Shown here: piece by piece, positions 1 through 9,549 of the stretch | How positions within the stretch are numbered: position 1 is the stretch's first letter | Layout: each line of letters begins with the position of its first letter | Origin: Methanobacteriota archaeon | GTDB taxonomy: Archaea > Thermoplasmatota > Thermoplasmata > SG8-5 > DAIRED01 | Reading direction: 5' to 3' | Assembly: GCA_043799545.1 (NCBI GenBank) | Contig: JAZDNO010000009.1 | Coordinates: 8,262 to 72,261, forward strand | DNA length: 64,000 nt | Position numbers and translations under genes: made by a program | The notes under the pieces: generated by a model | What the model saw: the letters and a program-made list of their open reading frames with translations, nothing else | Told to the model about the DNA's origin: nothing | Databases searched by the model: none

Positions 1-167
1 ACATCCTCATCACCCGGTGCGGGCTGACAGTGCATCCCGTTTCCTAGATGGCTTATTATAGATATATAAGCTTCGGTCGCCCGAAGTCCGACGATATGTC
101 AGACAATAATAATGACGTTGAATAATTTTATAATATGATATCAATAATTATCTGGCGAACAACAATC

Positions 168-181
168 GAAAGGTTTATATA
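168..181 (+). promoter_or_regulatory. BRE/TATA-like archaeal promoter
   Basis: GAAAGGTTTATATA in an AT-rich intergenic region upstream of the 254..520 ORF. Confidence 0.5.
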
Positions 182-253
182 GTGGCTCTCGCATATAGGA
201 AATATCCGACAAATGTCCGACAAAATGGGCAATATTGTCAGAAGGTATGCGAT

Positions 254-520
254 ATGAGACCCGACATCAGAATCCGGAAACTTCGAGGCGTGAGCGCGGA
301 AGACGAAAGCTGGCTGAGGGAACACAGCGTCAAGGACCTCCGTAACCTCGTGTTCGAGATGTACAATCTCGGCGAGGACGTGTCAGACATGGTTCCGCTG
401 GTCAACTACATGGAAGAGCTGGAGATGAAGCTCATCACCGAGCAGAAGCTGGTGTCGGGCGAGGAGATGGACATAGACGTCATGGACATGGTCCACGACT
501 TCGACCGCGTCTGCGCCTGA
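254..520 (+). CDS. small acidic hypothetical protein (~88 aa)
   Basis: ORF 182..520; ATG at 254 (MRPDIRIRK) lies downstream of the TATA; GC3-rich codons typical of the window. Confidence 0.6.
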   Translation: MRPDIRIRKLRGVSAEDESWLREHSVKDLRNLVFEMYNLGEDVSDMVPLVNYMEELEMKLITEQKLVSGEEMDIDVMDMVHDFDRVCA

Positions 521-536
521 AGGATTCGGAGCGAAG

Positions 537-562
537 GCCCGGGCGCGGATGGGCGCCCGGGC
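537..562 (+). terminator. perfect 10-bp GC hairpin after the first ORF
   Basis: GCCCGGGCGC-GGATGG-GCGCCCGGGC; a second hairpin GGCGGGGCC-TGCCC-GGCCCCGCC lies at 638..660. Confidence 0.35.
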
Positions 563-731
563 CGAGCCCGCAAAACCCTTTCTCACTCTCACAGCCCCCC
601 GTCCCCCCAGGGGGCATCCATATCACCTCCCTCCAACGGCGGGGCCTGCCCGGCCCCGCCAAACCTTTCTTTCTGACCGTGATTTTCGGAGCGTGGTTAA
701 AAGTTAATACCAGTTTGCCATTCTCCGGGAC

Positions 732-1409
732 ATGTCTCGAAAGGTGCTCATCGCGCCGTCGATCCTCTCGGCGGACTTCGCGAGGCTGGGTGAGGAGCTG
801 CGCGCAATCGAGCGCGGCGGGGCGGACTGGGTCCACATCGACATCATGGACGGCCATTTCGTGCCCAACGTGACCATCGGTCCTGTCGCGGTGAAGGGGA
901 TGCGGCCCCACTCGAAGCTCGTCTTCGACGTCCACCTGATGATGTCCAACCCCCGCAAATATTTGAGGGCGTTTGCGGACGCTGGTGCAGATTACATCAC
1001 CGTGCACGCGGAGTGCGACGACTGCGTCGCCGAAAGCCTCGCTGAAATTAGGAGGCTCGGGAAGAAGGCAGGGGTTTCGATAAACCCAGGGACGCCTCTG
1101 GACACCGTCGAGGACGCGCTTCGCACCGCTGACCTGCTCCTGGTTATGACCGTCAAGCCAGGCTTCGCGGGGCAGAAGTTCATGGACAGCGAAGTGCACA
1201 AGATTGCCGAGGCGCGAAAGATGATTGACGCCGAGCGCCTGCCAGTGACGATAGTCGTCGACGGCGGGATAACCACCGAGAACGCCGGGATTGCCGCGGG
1301 GGCGGGGGCGGACGTGCTCGTTGCTGGCTCGGCGGTATTCTGCGGAAAGGGGACTGTGGCGGAGAATATCGAGGCGATACGGGAGAGCGCCATGCGACAC
1401 GTTCATTAA
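732..1409 (+). CDS. rpe: ribulose-phosphate 3-epimerase
   Basis: IAPSILSADF, HIDIMDGHFVPN, DVHLM, VMTVKPGFAGQ, VDGGI motifs. Confidence 0.97.
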   Translation: MSRKVLIAPSILSADFARLGEELRAIERGGADWVHIDIMDGHFVPNVTIGPVAVKGMRPHSKLVFDVHLMMSNPRKYLRAFADAGADYITVHAECDDCVAESLAEIRRLGKKAGVSINPGTPLDTVEDALRTADLLLVMTVKPGFAGQKFMDSEVHKIAEARKMIDAERLPVTIVVDGGITTENAGIAAGAGADVLVAGSAVFCGKGTVAENIEAIRESAMRHVH

Positions 1410-1437
1410 CCTGTTGCCCCATCAAGGTCACGATAAC

Positions 1438-1608
1438 ATGGAGCCTGACTACGCCTGGAAGCTTGCATTCTTCGTCCTGGGAGTCCTAGTGCCGTCCGGA
1501 ATAATCGCCGCGGACATCATGTGGTTCAGCGCGGACGTAATAATAATCATAGCCTGCCTCATCTGGTTCGGCTTCTTCTTCTTCATGGTCGAGGGCGTCA
1601 CGGAGTGA
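1438..1608 (+). CDS. small two-TM membrane protein (56 aa)
   Basis: ATG at 1438, MEPDYAWKLAFFVLGVLVPSG...FFFFMVEGVTE; two hydrophobic segments. Confidence 0.65.
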   Translation: MEPDYAWKLAFFVLGVLVPSGIIAADIMWFSADVIIIIACLIWFGFFFFMVEGVTE

Positions 1609-2992
1609 GTTTTATCTCGACGATGGATGGCGCCTGCGTTGCGCTTGCGCTGTTCCAGACGAGAGAATTCCCAGAGAGCTCCGGCGGCGAGCCACCGGTC
1701 TGGTTGTAGCCCAGCAGCGTCATGTTGCCGGCCCATTCCACGGTCAGCATGTCCACGTAGCCGCCGTTCTTCATCCATGGGTCGACGAGCGTGATGGTGT
1801 AATTCTGGGAAACGTTGAGCTCGACCCACACCGTGCAAGTCCGCGCGTTCTGGTAGGTCTGGTTCAAAGCCTGGACCGTTCCCGAGAGCTCGGCGGTTAC
1901 GTTCAGGAGGGCGGACTCGTTCGCCAACAGGTTCATCATGCCGGTCGCGAAGCGCCTGCAAGCGAGCGCCCAGTCGGGCAGGTACGGCCTCGTCTCGAAC
2001 GTCGCGTGGAGCTTTTTATCCAGGGACGACCCTTTATCATTAAGGGGCTTGAACGCGACCTCGACGAGCGCGCTCCCGTTCGGATGTAGCTCTACCCTGG
2101 CGTTGCCCACAACGCTGTCGAAGTATGACGATTCGACCTCGACAGGCGGCTCCTCCAGCATGACGCCCCTCGCCTCGTCCGCAGTCGGGCCGAACACGCC
2201 GACCCACGCGTAGCTGGCGATGGCCAGGCATACGAACACCGCCATGACCTGCCTGGCCGTTCCAAGCCTGACGGGCGCGGGCTCTCTCGGCGAGCCAGTC
2301 GATGCGACGTACGCGCTGCCGATGGCCGCGAACACGTACGTTCCTCCGTACAAGCCGGCGTACCTGTTCTCGACGTCCATGGCGAATGCCGAAAGGGCGA
2401 CGATGCCGAAGACCAAACCGGGCAGCCAGAGCCCGATTATCCTCAGGAGAGGCCTCTTCTCACGGAAAACGTCCACCCTCGCGAATTCCCTTGACACCAG
2501 GACGCTGAAAATCAGGGCGAGGATTATCCCGAGCGGTGCCAGCGCGTTGTGGTCCAAACCGAGGTATGCCGCCGCGACGTACGGGTCGCCGTCCGCGCGC
2601 AGGCCGCCGAATGCGAGGTAGAGCGCAGAGGACATTAGCGCGCTCTCGGCGAAGAGCAGCAGTGCGATTTTCACTGCGCCCTTGGCGGACCTGGCAATCG
2701 CAAGCGCCGCCAGACCTAAGAGGGTCGTGACGGCTATCCCCGCGAGAAGCACAGCCGCCAGCGCTTCGCCCCCCACCCCGGGCAGGTGAAGCGATGCGAA
2801 ACCGCTCATCGGTGTCGCGTAAACTGCGAAGAAGGAACCACCCAGCAACCTGGCTGCCGCGCCGTGTCCGAGGATTTCGTGTATCAGGACCTCGGCGTAT
2901 CTGAGGCTGATGTAGCCCGCGAAAATCGTGACCACAGCCGCGGCGTAGTTCAGCTGCCAGTCCCTGACCCGCTCCGGAGAACCGCCGTCCAC
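1598..2992 (-). CDS. polytopic membrane protein with M50-like HExxGH metallopeptidase motif and C-terminal extracellular domain
   Basis: IHEILGHGAAARLLGG, LLAGI, GDPY, about 8 TM segments, then a hydrophilic beta-rich tail. Confidence 0.75.
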   Translation of the reverse strand: MDGGSPERVRDWQLNYAAAVVTIFAGYISLRYAEVLIHEILGHGAAARLLGGSFFAVYATPMSGFASLHLPGVGGEALAAVLLAGIAVTTLLGLAALAIARSAKGAVKIALLLFAESALMSSALYLAFGGLRADGDPYVAAAYLGLDHNALAPLGIILALIFSVLVSREFARVDVFREKRPLLRIIGLWLPGLVFGIVALSAFAMDVENRYAGLYGGTYVFAAIGSAYVASTGSPREPAPVRLGTARQVMAVFVCLAIASYAWVGVFGPTADEARGVMLEEPPVEVESSYFDSVVGNARVELHPNGSALVEVAFKPLNDKGSSLDKKLHATFETRPYLPDWALACRRFATGMMNLLANESALLNVTAELSGTVQALNQTYQNARTCTVWVELNVSQNYTITLVDPWMKNGGYVDMLTVEWAGNMTLLGYNQTGGSPPELSGNSLVWNSASATQAPSIVEIKLTP

Positions 2993-3022
2993 GCATGCGG
3001 ATGCGCCTGGGAATATAGATGC

Positions 3023-3841
3023 CTATCGGCTGAATGCCAACTCGAATCCGATGCCGCGTTCCATGCAAGCCTTGCGTGCGGTCGCTTCGACCCCCGGCGC
3101 CCTTTTCCTCGGAAAGAAATCCTCTCCGAACGTTGCCCTCATCCTCGCATCGGCCAGCGGCTTCGACCTGTAGAAGTCGAAGATGACTTTGCTCGCGCCG
3201 GCGTCCGCTGCGCCGCCGACTACAGCCTTGACAGATTCCTCCGAATCGTTGACCCCGAAGATGACGGGCCCCAGAAACACCCACGTTTTCACACCGGCGT
3301 CTGCGAATGCCATGGCGGCACCCAGGCGCGCAGACGGCTTTGGAGCGCCTGGCTCCAGCCCGCGCGCAAGGCTTTCGTCCGTTGTCGTAATCGTGAACCC
3401 CACCTCGGGGCTCTGATGGCCCGCAATCAATTCCAGGTCGCGCAGCGCGAGGTCGGATTTTGTCTGGATGCAGACCGGATGGTTGCGCTCGCGCAGGATT
3501 TCGAGGCATCCGCGGGTCAGACCGCGCTTGGCTTCCGCGGGCTGGTACGGGTCCGTGACCGTACCGAGTCCAATCACGCCTGGCTTCGCCCTCCGCAGCT
3601 CGGCCGAGAGCCTCGCCTCGAGGTTCCGCTTCGCCTCCGCCCAGGAGCCCCATTCGCCCCTCTGGCCGAGCCTCAGGACGTCCTGCGCGTAGCAGTACGA
3701 GCAAGCGTGCGCGCATCCGACGTACGGATTTAGGGCGTAGCTGAGCCCGGGCAGCCTGGAAGGGTTCATCGCGCGGGAGCATGCGACCTCTCCGACGCCG
3801 TCGTTCCCTTCTCCGGCGAGGGTGCTCTGGACGTACCTCAT
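3023..3841 (-). CDS. radical SAM protein, spore photoproduct lyase-like family
   Basis: LNPYVGCAHACSYCYA, GTVTDPYQPAE, IQTKSDL; ATG 3841 overlaps the nre stop (ATGA). Confidence 0.9.
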   Translation of the reverse strand: MRYVQSTLAGEGNDGVGEVACSRAMNPSRLPGLSYALNPYVGCAHACSYCYAQDVLRLGQRGEWGSWAEAKRNLEARLSAELRRAKPGVIGLGTVTDPYQPAEAKRGLTRGCLEILRERNHPVCIQTKSDLALRDLELIAGHQSPEVGFTITTTDESLARGLEPGAPKPSARLGAAMAFADAGVKTWVFLGPVIFGVNDSEESVKAVVGGAADAGASKVIFDFYRSKPLADARMRATFGEDFFPRKRAPGVEATARKACMERGIGFELAFSR

Positions 3842-5163
3842 GCCGGCTCCTCCGGCAGGCGCTCCAGCGCGTCGCCGCGTGCAGAGAGAAAGTCCTCTAT
3901 CCGCCTCTGCTGGATGACGTCCTTCAATATCGCACTGTTGTTTATCCAGCGCTTCGGGGGTATCTCCATCCGTTTGGAGACGTGGTCGAGCGCCTCGCGC
4001 AGTGTGTCGAAGCGCGACGGTGCCTGGCGGAGGGCATTCCTCACGTTCTCGCGAACGTTCCAGACTCCGACAGGCATGATGTAGCCTGGGTGGGATTCCC
4101 TGAGAATCACGGCTCCGGCCTGCCTGCGCTCCGCGTCGAGGACTTCGTTCACGGCCATCCTGGCGGCGTAGTAGCAGCCTCCGATTTCCGCGTAGGTCTT
4201 CCGCCCCTCGTAGAACTCGTGAGAGGAGCATATAGAAACGTCGCTGCCGTACGGGTTCCATACGGTCTTCGGGTACCACGCCTCGATGAGCTCGTAGCGC
4301 CACGAGGTCGGCATGAATATCACGCACCATCGGTTGTCCAGCGCGTCGTAGTCGTAGACCCGGAACCCGTTTATCAGGGGGTTGCGCTTCGTTCGACGCA
4401 GCATCTCCTTGCCAAGGATGTCGTCCACCGCGGTTATGGACCACCTGGTCGGGACGAACTTGCGGTTGCGCCCGAGGCCGAACGCGCCGACGCTGAAAGC
4501 TTTCTGGATGCGCGATACCATCGTGCCCGATTTGTAAAGGTTCACCACCGCCTCCGTCGAGAGCAAATCCGTGTCCGAATAGGCTTTGTCGATTCTCTGG
4601 TCTATCTTCAGGTTTCCCACTCGCAAACCCCGCAGGGGTGCGGACGGCCCGAAGGGCTGGACCTCGTCGTCCAGCGATAGCTTTCCCATCGGACGCCTTT
4701 CAAAAACCGCCTCCGCCTCCGATGGATTTCCGGTCATCGCCATCTCCCTGGTGGCATCGACGATGCGCCCCCCTCCCTCGACGTTCGTGATCTCGACCCT
4801 GTGCATCCCCCTGACCAGCCTGGAGCGGAAATCCACTATTCCCTCCATCGTGATGTCTCGCCACATCTCCGGCGTGTCCATCACGGTCGTGTCGCCGTGG
4901 TCCGGGGGGATGAGCGGGCCGACCATGACCTTCGGGTAGCCGAAGCGGCCTATGAAAACGCCTGGCGGGGACGTCCCGTCGAGCTCCAGCCCGTCGATCG
5001 CGGGTCGGCTGCGCGTTATCGCGTGGTACTTGACCAGCACCGGGCACCTGTCCTTTCCGCACATCAGGTATCGGCCTTTGCAGACCGCGCAGCGCGAGCC
5101 GCCGCCGGAGCTGGGCGTCACTCCCTGGACCCGCCCAGAGAAAATGTCCCTTGACCCATCCAT
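3838..5163 (-). CDS. nre: Nre family DNA repair protein
   Basis: N-terminal CAVCKG...CGKDRCP, SPPGVFIGRFGYPKV, VPTRWSITAVDD, GGCYYAAR, PVGVWNVRENVR; C-terminal PIP-like QRRIEDFL. Confidence 0.93.
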   Translation of the reverse strand: MDGSRDIFSGRVQGVTPSSGGGSRCAVCKGRYLMCGKDRCPVLVKYHAITRSRPAIDGLELDGTSPPGVFIGRFGYPKVMVGPLIPPDHGDTTVMDTPEMWRDITMEGIVDFRSRLVRGMHRVEITNVEGGGRIVDATREMAMTGNPSEAEAVFERRPMGKLSLDDEVQPFGPSAPLRGLRVGNLKIDQRIDKAYSDTDLLSTEAVVNLYKSGTMVSRIQKAFSVGAFGLGRNRKFVPTRWSITAVDDILGKEMLRRTKRNPLINGFRVYDYDALDNRWCVIFMPTSWRYELIEAWYPKTVWNPYGSDVSICSSHEFYEGRKTYAEIGGCYYAARMAVNEVLDAERRQAGAVILRESHPGYIMPVGVWNVRENVRNALRQAPSRFDTLREALDHVSKRMEIPPKRWINNSAILKDVIQQRRIEDFLSARGDALERLPEEPA

Positions 5164-5322
5164 CGGTGCAATATTGTCGGGCGGGATATATTAAGATGAG
5201 GGGCGGGTGGGCGAAACTACGATTTCAACTCGTGCGGGGGTGGCGAATGGCCACTTCCCGTCCACTTCTTCCCACTCGGGATATAACCCGTGACCGCGCA
5301 TTGAGGATATGGAGGCAATAAA

Positions 5323-5394
5323 ATGCTAGAATACATAAACCCGGCAGTGGAAATGTTGAGGAGCCTGAGGCCGCGAAAGGTCCACGGAGCCTGA
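5323..5394 (+). CDS. candidate 23-aa small ORF (MLEYINPAVEMLRSLRPRKVHGA)
   Basis: GGAGG 7 nt upstream of ATG; TATA-like GATATAAC near 5280; immediately upstream of the ABC ATPase. Confidence 0.4.
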   Translation: MLEYINPAVEMLRSLRPRKVHGA

Positions 5395-5416
5395 GAACCG
5401 CCGAAGGAGGCATGGC

Positions 5417-6367
5417 ATGGCTCAATCGGAAGGGGTTAAGTATGACCTGGGGGATTCGCTCCCGATGGATGCGATAGATGTCAGAGGCGTGAGCAAGACG
5501 TACCACACGGGAACGGTCGCCCTCACGGACGTCAGCTTCACCATAGAGCGCGGCACTGTCTTCTGCCTGCTCGGCAGGAACGGCGCTGGCAAAACTACCC
5601 TCCTCAGGATTCTCGCCACCCAGCTAAGGCCGACCGCAGGCAGCGCTGTCGTGCTCGGTCACGACGTGGTCAATGACGTGGAGGCGCTGAGGCAGAAGAT
5701 TGCAGTCGTCCCGCAGGAGGCGCGGCCGCTGATGATGCTCTCAGCCTGGGACCACATCTACTACTGGTGCAAGATACGCGGGATGAACACCGAGCAGGCG
5801 AAGGCGCGCGCAAAAGAGATAATGGTCGAGCTGGAGCTCTGGGAGCACAAGGACAAGCTGACGGCCGACCTGTCAGGCGGGCTGCGCCAGAGGGTGATAA
5901 TAGGCATAGCTCTCATCCCCGACGCGGAGCTGGTCTTCCTCGACGAGCCTTCGATAGGGCTGGATCCGCTCGGGCGCAGGGTCGTCTGGAACATCATACG
6001 GAAGCTGACGCAGAAGGGAGTGACCGTCGTCCTGACGACGCACTACATGGACGAGGCTGAGAACCTGGCCAGCAAGCTCCTCATCATCGAGAAGGGGAAG
6101 TCCGTCTTCTTCGGGACTGTCGAAGAGGCGAAGAAGGCCACGCACGCGGAGATGAAGATGATACTGCAGAAGCCTGGCACGACGACGCTGGACAGGGAGG
6201 TCCTGACGCCGCACTCCGACCAGGAGATAATCGAGACGGTGCAGCGCGGAATCAGGGAGGGGAAGCTCATCACTTTCAAGCCTCCGACGCTGGAAGAGGC
6301 GTTCATACACTTTGCGGGCGGTTCGATTGACGAGTCAGACGACTTCCGGGGGGGTACCCATGAATAA
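5417..6367 (+). CDS. ABC-2 type exporter ATP-binding subunit
   Basis: Walker A GRNGAGKT, signature LSGGLRQR, Walker B VFLDEP, H-loop TTHYMDEAE; alternative start 5465. Confidence 0.95.
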   Translation: MAQSEGVKYDLGDSLPMDAIDVRGVSKTYHTGTVALTDVSFTIERGTVFCLLGRNGAGKTTLLRILATQLRPTAGSAVVLGHDVVNDVEALRQKIAVVPQEARPLMMLSAWDHIYYWCKIRGMNTEQAKARAKEIMVELELWEHKDKLTADLSGGLRQRVIIGIALIPDAELVFLDEPSIGLDPLGRRVVWNIIRKLTQKGVTVVLTTHYMDEAENLASKLLIIEKGKSVFFGTVEEAKKATHAEMKMILQKPGTTTLDREVLTPHSDQEIIETVQRGIREGKLITFKPPTLEEAFIHFAGGSIDESDDFRGGTHE

Positions 6368-7100
6368 CCGCATACGCCAGGCGTTCTACATCGGGATGCT
6401 GGACATCCTGCCCCTGCTGAGGGACCCGATGATACTCCTCATGATATCGATGATATCCTTCATGCCGGTGATATTCATGGGCTTGCTGGGAAGCGGCGAG
6501 ATGGCCGTCCAGGCGCTCGTCGGGGCTGTCGTGCTGACCCTGTTCTTCGGCGGAATCCAGGTCGCCCAGTCCGCCTACTTCAACAAGCACTGGTTCAGGT
6601 TCCAGGATATGTACGTCGCCTCGCCAGTCAACTTCACGGCGTACGCGATGGGCCTCTCGATTTCGACGCTCATCGGGGCGCTGCCGGCGACTGCGGTCGC
6701 GACGATAATACTCATATTCAGCCACCACGTCAGCATATTCGGCGTCCTGATGATGCTGGTCGTCTCGTTCACCCTCTGGGTCTGCACCGTTTTCCTCGGC
6801 TTCACCCTCGGCTCCTCGCTGAAGGACACGCGCAAGGCCAACTCGATTCCCCAGGTTCTGGGGTTCGTACTGGGCTTCCTGCCGCCCGTCTACTACCCGA
6901 TGAGCCTGCTGAAGAGCCCGATACTCCAGTGGCTGGCGATGCTCTCTCCGACTACGCACGCGGCCCAGCTCTCGAAGTTCTACCTCGGCCTCATAGAAAT
7001 CCCCTGGTGGCAGGAGGTCTTCGGGTGGGTCTACCTGTTCGGGTTCACGGCCATCATGATTGTCCTGGCAAAGAGATGGGCTAGATGGACGGATTCGTGA
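6360..7100 (+). CDS. ABC-2 type exporter permease
   Basis: about 6 TM segments, PPVYYPMSLL...SPTTHAA pattern; overlaps the ATPase stop. Confidence 0.9.
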   Translation: MNNRIRQAFYIGMLDILPLLRDPMILLMISMISFMPVIFMGLLGSGEMAVQALVGAVVLTLFFGGIQVAQSAYFNKHWFRFQDMYVASPVNFTAYAMGLSISTLIGALPATAVATIILIFSHHVSIFGVLMMLVVSFTLWVCTVFLGFTLGSSLKDTRKANSIPQVLGFVLGFLPPVYYPMSLLKSPILQWLAMLSPTTHAAQLSKFYLGLIEIPWWQEVFGWVYLFGFTAIMIVLAKRWARWTDS

Positions 7101-7161
7101 GCAGGCTGGCGGCAGGAAAGATTAAAATAGCATCCGCCGGTTAGGCGGGCTGAGGAAAAAG

Positions 7162-7893
7162 ATGCTGACACGTTCCGAGGACGCGATGGGGCTCTCCTTC
7201 TGGGACTGCCACAAGGGCAAGAACAGTGACGGACACGTCATAGAGCGGGACGACGGCTTCGTCGACGTTGACACTCTGAGGAGCTATTTCCAGGAATACG
7301 AGGACTGGTCCAGCGAGGAGAAGAGCGCGATGAGGCTCTGCAGGGGGCGAGTGCTTGACGTGGGATGCGGCGTAGGAAAGCATTCGATTCACCTCCAGGG
7401 AAAGGGTCTGGACGTCCTCGGGATAGACAACTCGCCGCTGGCGCTGAAGGTTTGCCGGGAGCGGGGGCTGAAGCGCACGAAGTGCATGTCCGCTGACGAG
7501 GTCGAGGGCAAGCTGGGGAAGTTCGACACCGTAATAATGATGGGGAACAACTTCGGGCTGTTCGAGAACCCGGAAAAGGCAAGGGAGATGCTGGCCACAT
7601 TCCATCGTGCGACCTCGCCGGGCGCGAGGATAATCGCCCAGACGATGGACCCCTACGCAACGGAGAAGAAAGGCCACCTGGAGTACCAGGCGCGGAACCG
7701 TAGGCTGGGGAGGATGCCGGGCCAGATTAGGCTGCGCATCAGGTACGACAGGCTTGCGACGCCGTGGTTCGACTACCTCATCGTCTCGCGAGAGGAGATG
7801 AAGGAAATCCTCCGGGGCACCGGCTGGAAGGTCTCCAGGTTCATCGGGAAAGGGGCGTTGTACATCGCCGTCATTGTGAAGACCGGGCGATGA
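7162..7893 (+). CDS. class I SAM-dependent methyltransferase
   Basis: RVLDVGCGVGKH, GIDNSP, FDTVIMMGNNFG. Confidence 0.9.
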   Translation: MLTRSEDAMGLSFWDCHKGKNSDGHVIERDDGFVDVDTLRSYFQEYEDWSSEEKSAMRLCRGRVLDVGCGVGKHSIHLQGKGLDVLGIDNSPLALKVCRERGLKRTKCMSADEVEGKLGKFDTVIMMGNNFGLFENPEKAREMLATFHRATSPGARIIAQTMDPYATEKKGHLEYQARNRRLGRMPGQIRLRIRYDRLATPWFDYLIVSREEMKEILRGTGWKVSRFIGKGALYIAVIVKTGR

Positions 7894-7951
7894 GCGCACC
7901 AGCCAATCCCGCGCATCGCCGCTCCACCGCACGCGCCAGGAGTAGAAAAAA

Positions 7952-8974
7952 TTAAATCTCGTCCAGGTCCACGCCGCAAAGCTTTCCCAGCTCGGCGTGC
8001 AGCACATTTATCCGTTCGGCGGCCTCGTTCAGGCCCTGGCGGCGGAACTTGGCGACGGTCGTTGCGACCTTAATCTTCCTCCCGCCACCGATCAGGTTGT
8101 CGGCGTGCGCCACCACCTTCTCCTCAAGCGTCATCGGGGTGTAGTCGCGCACCGGAAGGCCGAACCTCGCGGCCTCGTCCGGGGGGATGCCCGCGCCCAT
8201 GTGGCGCTCGACGATGTGGACGATGGAAGTCGGCAAGCCCAATCGCTTGGCTATGCACCCGCCCTCCACCGCGTGCATTATTCCGTGCGTCTTCGAACGA
8301 CCGATGTCGTGCAGTATGGCCCCCGCGCTGACAAGCTCCAAGTCGGCTCCGCAGAGCCTGCCGATTTGCATTGCCAGCTTCTCGACTGCGGTCACGTGGG
8401 CGATGACTTCTTTGGAACAACCCGCGCTCTTCATCAGGGCGAGCGCCTCCGCCCTCGACGGCACAGGCGCTACGCTGACGACCGTCTTTCCCCTCGGGTT
8501 CGGAACGACCCGCGTGCTGCCGGCCAGGTCGCTCCTCAGCCCTTCGCCGGACAGGAGCCGGTCCAGGAAAACCCCGAGCGCGGCCACCTCCGAGTGGGGC
8601 TGGTTGCCCACAGCGACGTTGAAATCGGCCATCTGATAAACCTCGGCCGGGACCTTCTCCGCACCGACGATAATAAGGATGTCTGAATCCCTGGGAATCT
8701 TCGGCAGGGCGTCGTCCAGATGCTCGCCGTACATCGTCAGGTGTACTTTGACGCCCCTCCATTTCCTCATCTCGGTTTTCCAGCTGACGCCTGTCTTGAT
8801 GCGGAAATCGCCGCCCCATCTCGGGACGAGCTTTTCTATCGTCGCCTCAAGGCCAGCATCCTGCGTCGAGACCATGACTTCCGAGGCACCGAAAGCTCGC
8901 GCGGTGAGCGCAACGTGCGTCGTGACCCTCTTGTCCCTTGATGGACGGTGGCCTATCCTCAGAACCGATATCAT
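7952..8974 (-). CDS. trm56: tRNA (cytidine56-2'-O)-methyltransferase fused to C-terminal HD domain
   Basis: LRIGHRPSRDKRVTTHVALTARAFGA, VHLTMYG, GAEKVP, NQPHSEVAAL; then LHDIGRS..HAVEG..VERH..EEKVVAHADN. Confidence 0.95.
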   Translation of the reverse strand: MISVLRIGHRPSRDKRVTTHVALTARAFGASEVMVSTQDAGLEATIEKLVPRWGGDFRIKTGVSWKTEMRKWRGVKVHLTMYGEHLDDALPKIPRDSDILIIVGAEKVPAEVYQMADFNVAVGNQPHSEVAALGVFLDRLLSGEGLRSDLAGSTRVVPNPRGKTVVSVAPVPSRAEALALMKSAGCSKEVIAHVTAVEKLAMQIGRLCGADLELVSAGAILHDIGRSKTHGIMHAVEGGCIAKRLGLPTSIVHIVERHMGAGIPPDEAARFGLPVRDYTPMTLEEKVVAHADNLIGGGRKIKVATTVAKFRRQGLNEAAERINVLHAELGKLCGVDLDEI

Positions 8975-8982
8975 GCCCCGGG

Positions 8983-9495
8983 CTACTCCTTGAAACGCTC
9001 TATCCTGTGCCCGCGGTACTCGAGCTTCGATGAGCGCTTGACAAGGCTCTTCATCATCGTCTGGGAGACCTTCAGCTCCTCCGCGATGTCCCCCGCGAAT
9101 TTTCCTTCAGCGCCGACCGCCTTGTAGACCGCATCCTCAAGCTTCTTGAACCTGGCGTCCGTCATAACCGCGACTGACAGGACGTCGCAGATTTCGTATA
9201 TCGGGCATGAGGCGGTTATCTGGAATGACGAATAATAGGTGTGATACGCCTTCTCGGGACCAGACGTCGCCGTCGTCGCTCCGGGAGGCTGCTGCCAGCG
9301 CGTTTCGACCAGCTTCATCTTGTCGAACAGGTTGAGGGCGCTCTTCCCGGCCTCTCCGTACTTAGCCTTTATCTCCCTTGCGGTACGCCAGTCCAGGGAG
9401 ACCTCCTTGAGGACTTCCTTCTTCACGTCCGTGTCGACCGCGCGGAAGATTGACACCAGGTCCGCGGCCTCGTTGACTACCTTAATTCTGTTCAT
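8983..9495 (-). CDS. archaeal ArsR-like winged-helix protein
   Basis: IKVVNEAADLVSIFRA...KMKLVETRWQ...KAYHTYYSSFQI pattern of a conserved euryarchaeal family. Confidence 0.65.
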   Translation of the reverse strand: MNRIKVVNEAADLVSIFRAVDTDVKKEVLKEVSLDWRTAREIKAKYGEAGKSALNLFDKMKLVETRWQQPPGATTATSGPEKAYHTYYSSFQITASCPIYEICDVLSVAVMTDARFKKLEDAVYKAVGAEGKFAGDIAEELKVSQTMMKSLVKRSSKLEYRGHRIERFKE

Positions 9496-9549
9496 TGCGC
9501 ATCCTTTTATAGCTCCTGTATGGCCTTTCGTCGATATAAATCTGCGCTC

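Noticed and set aside
1-35. Start of a minus-strand gene (MHCQPAPGDED)
   Set aside because: Only 11 codons are visible; cannot be supported
7952-8974. Trm56-HD fusion as a novelty
   Set aside because: A C-terminal HD-like extension is already described for Thermoplasma Trm56
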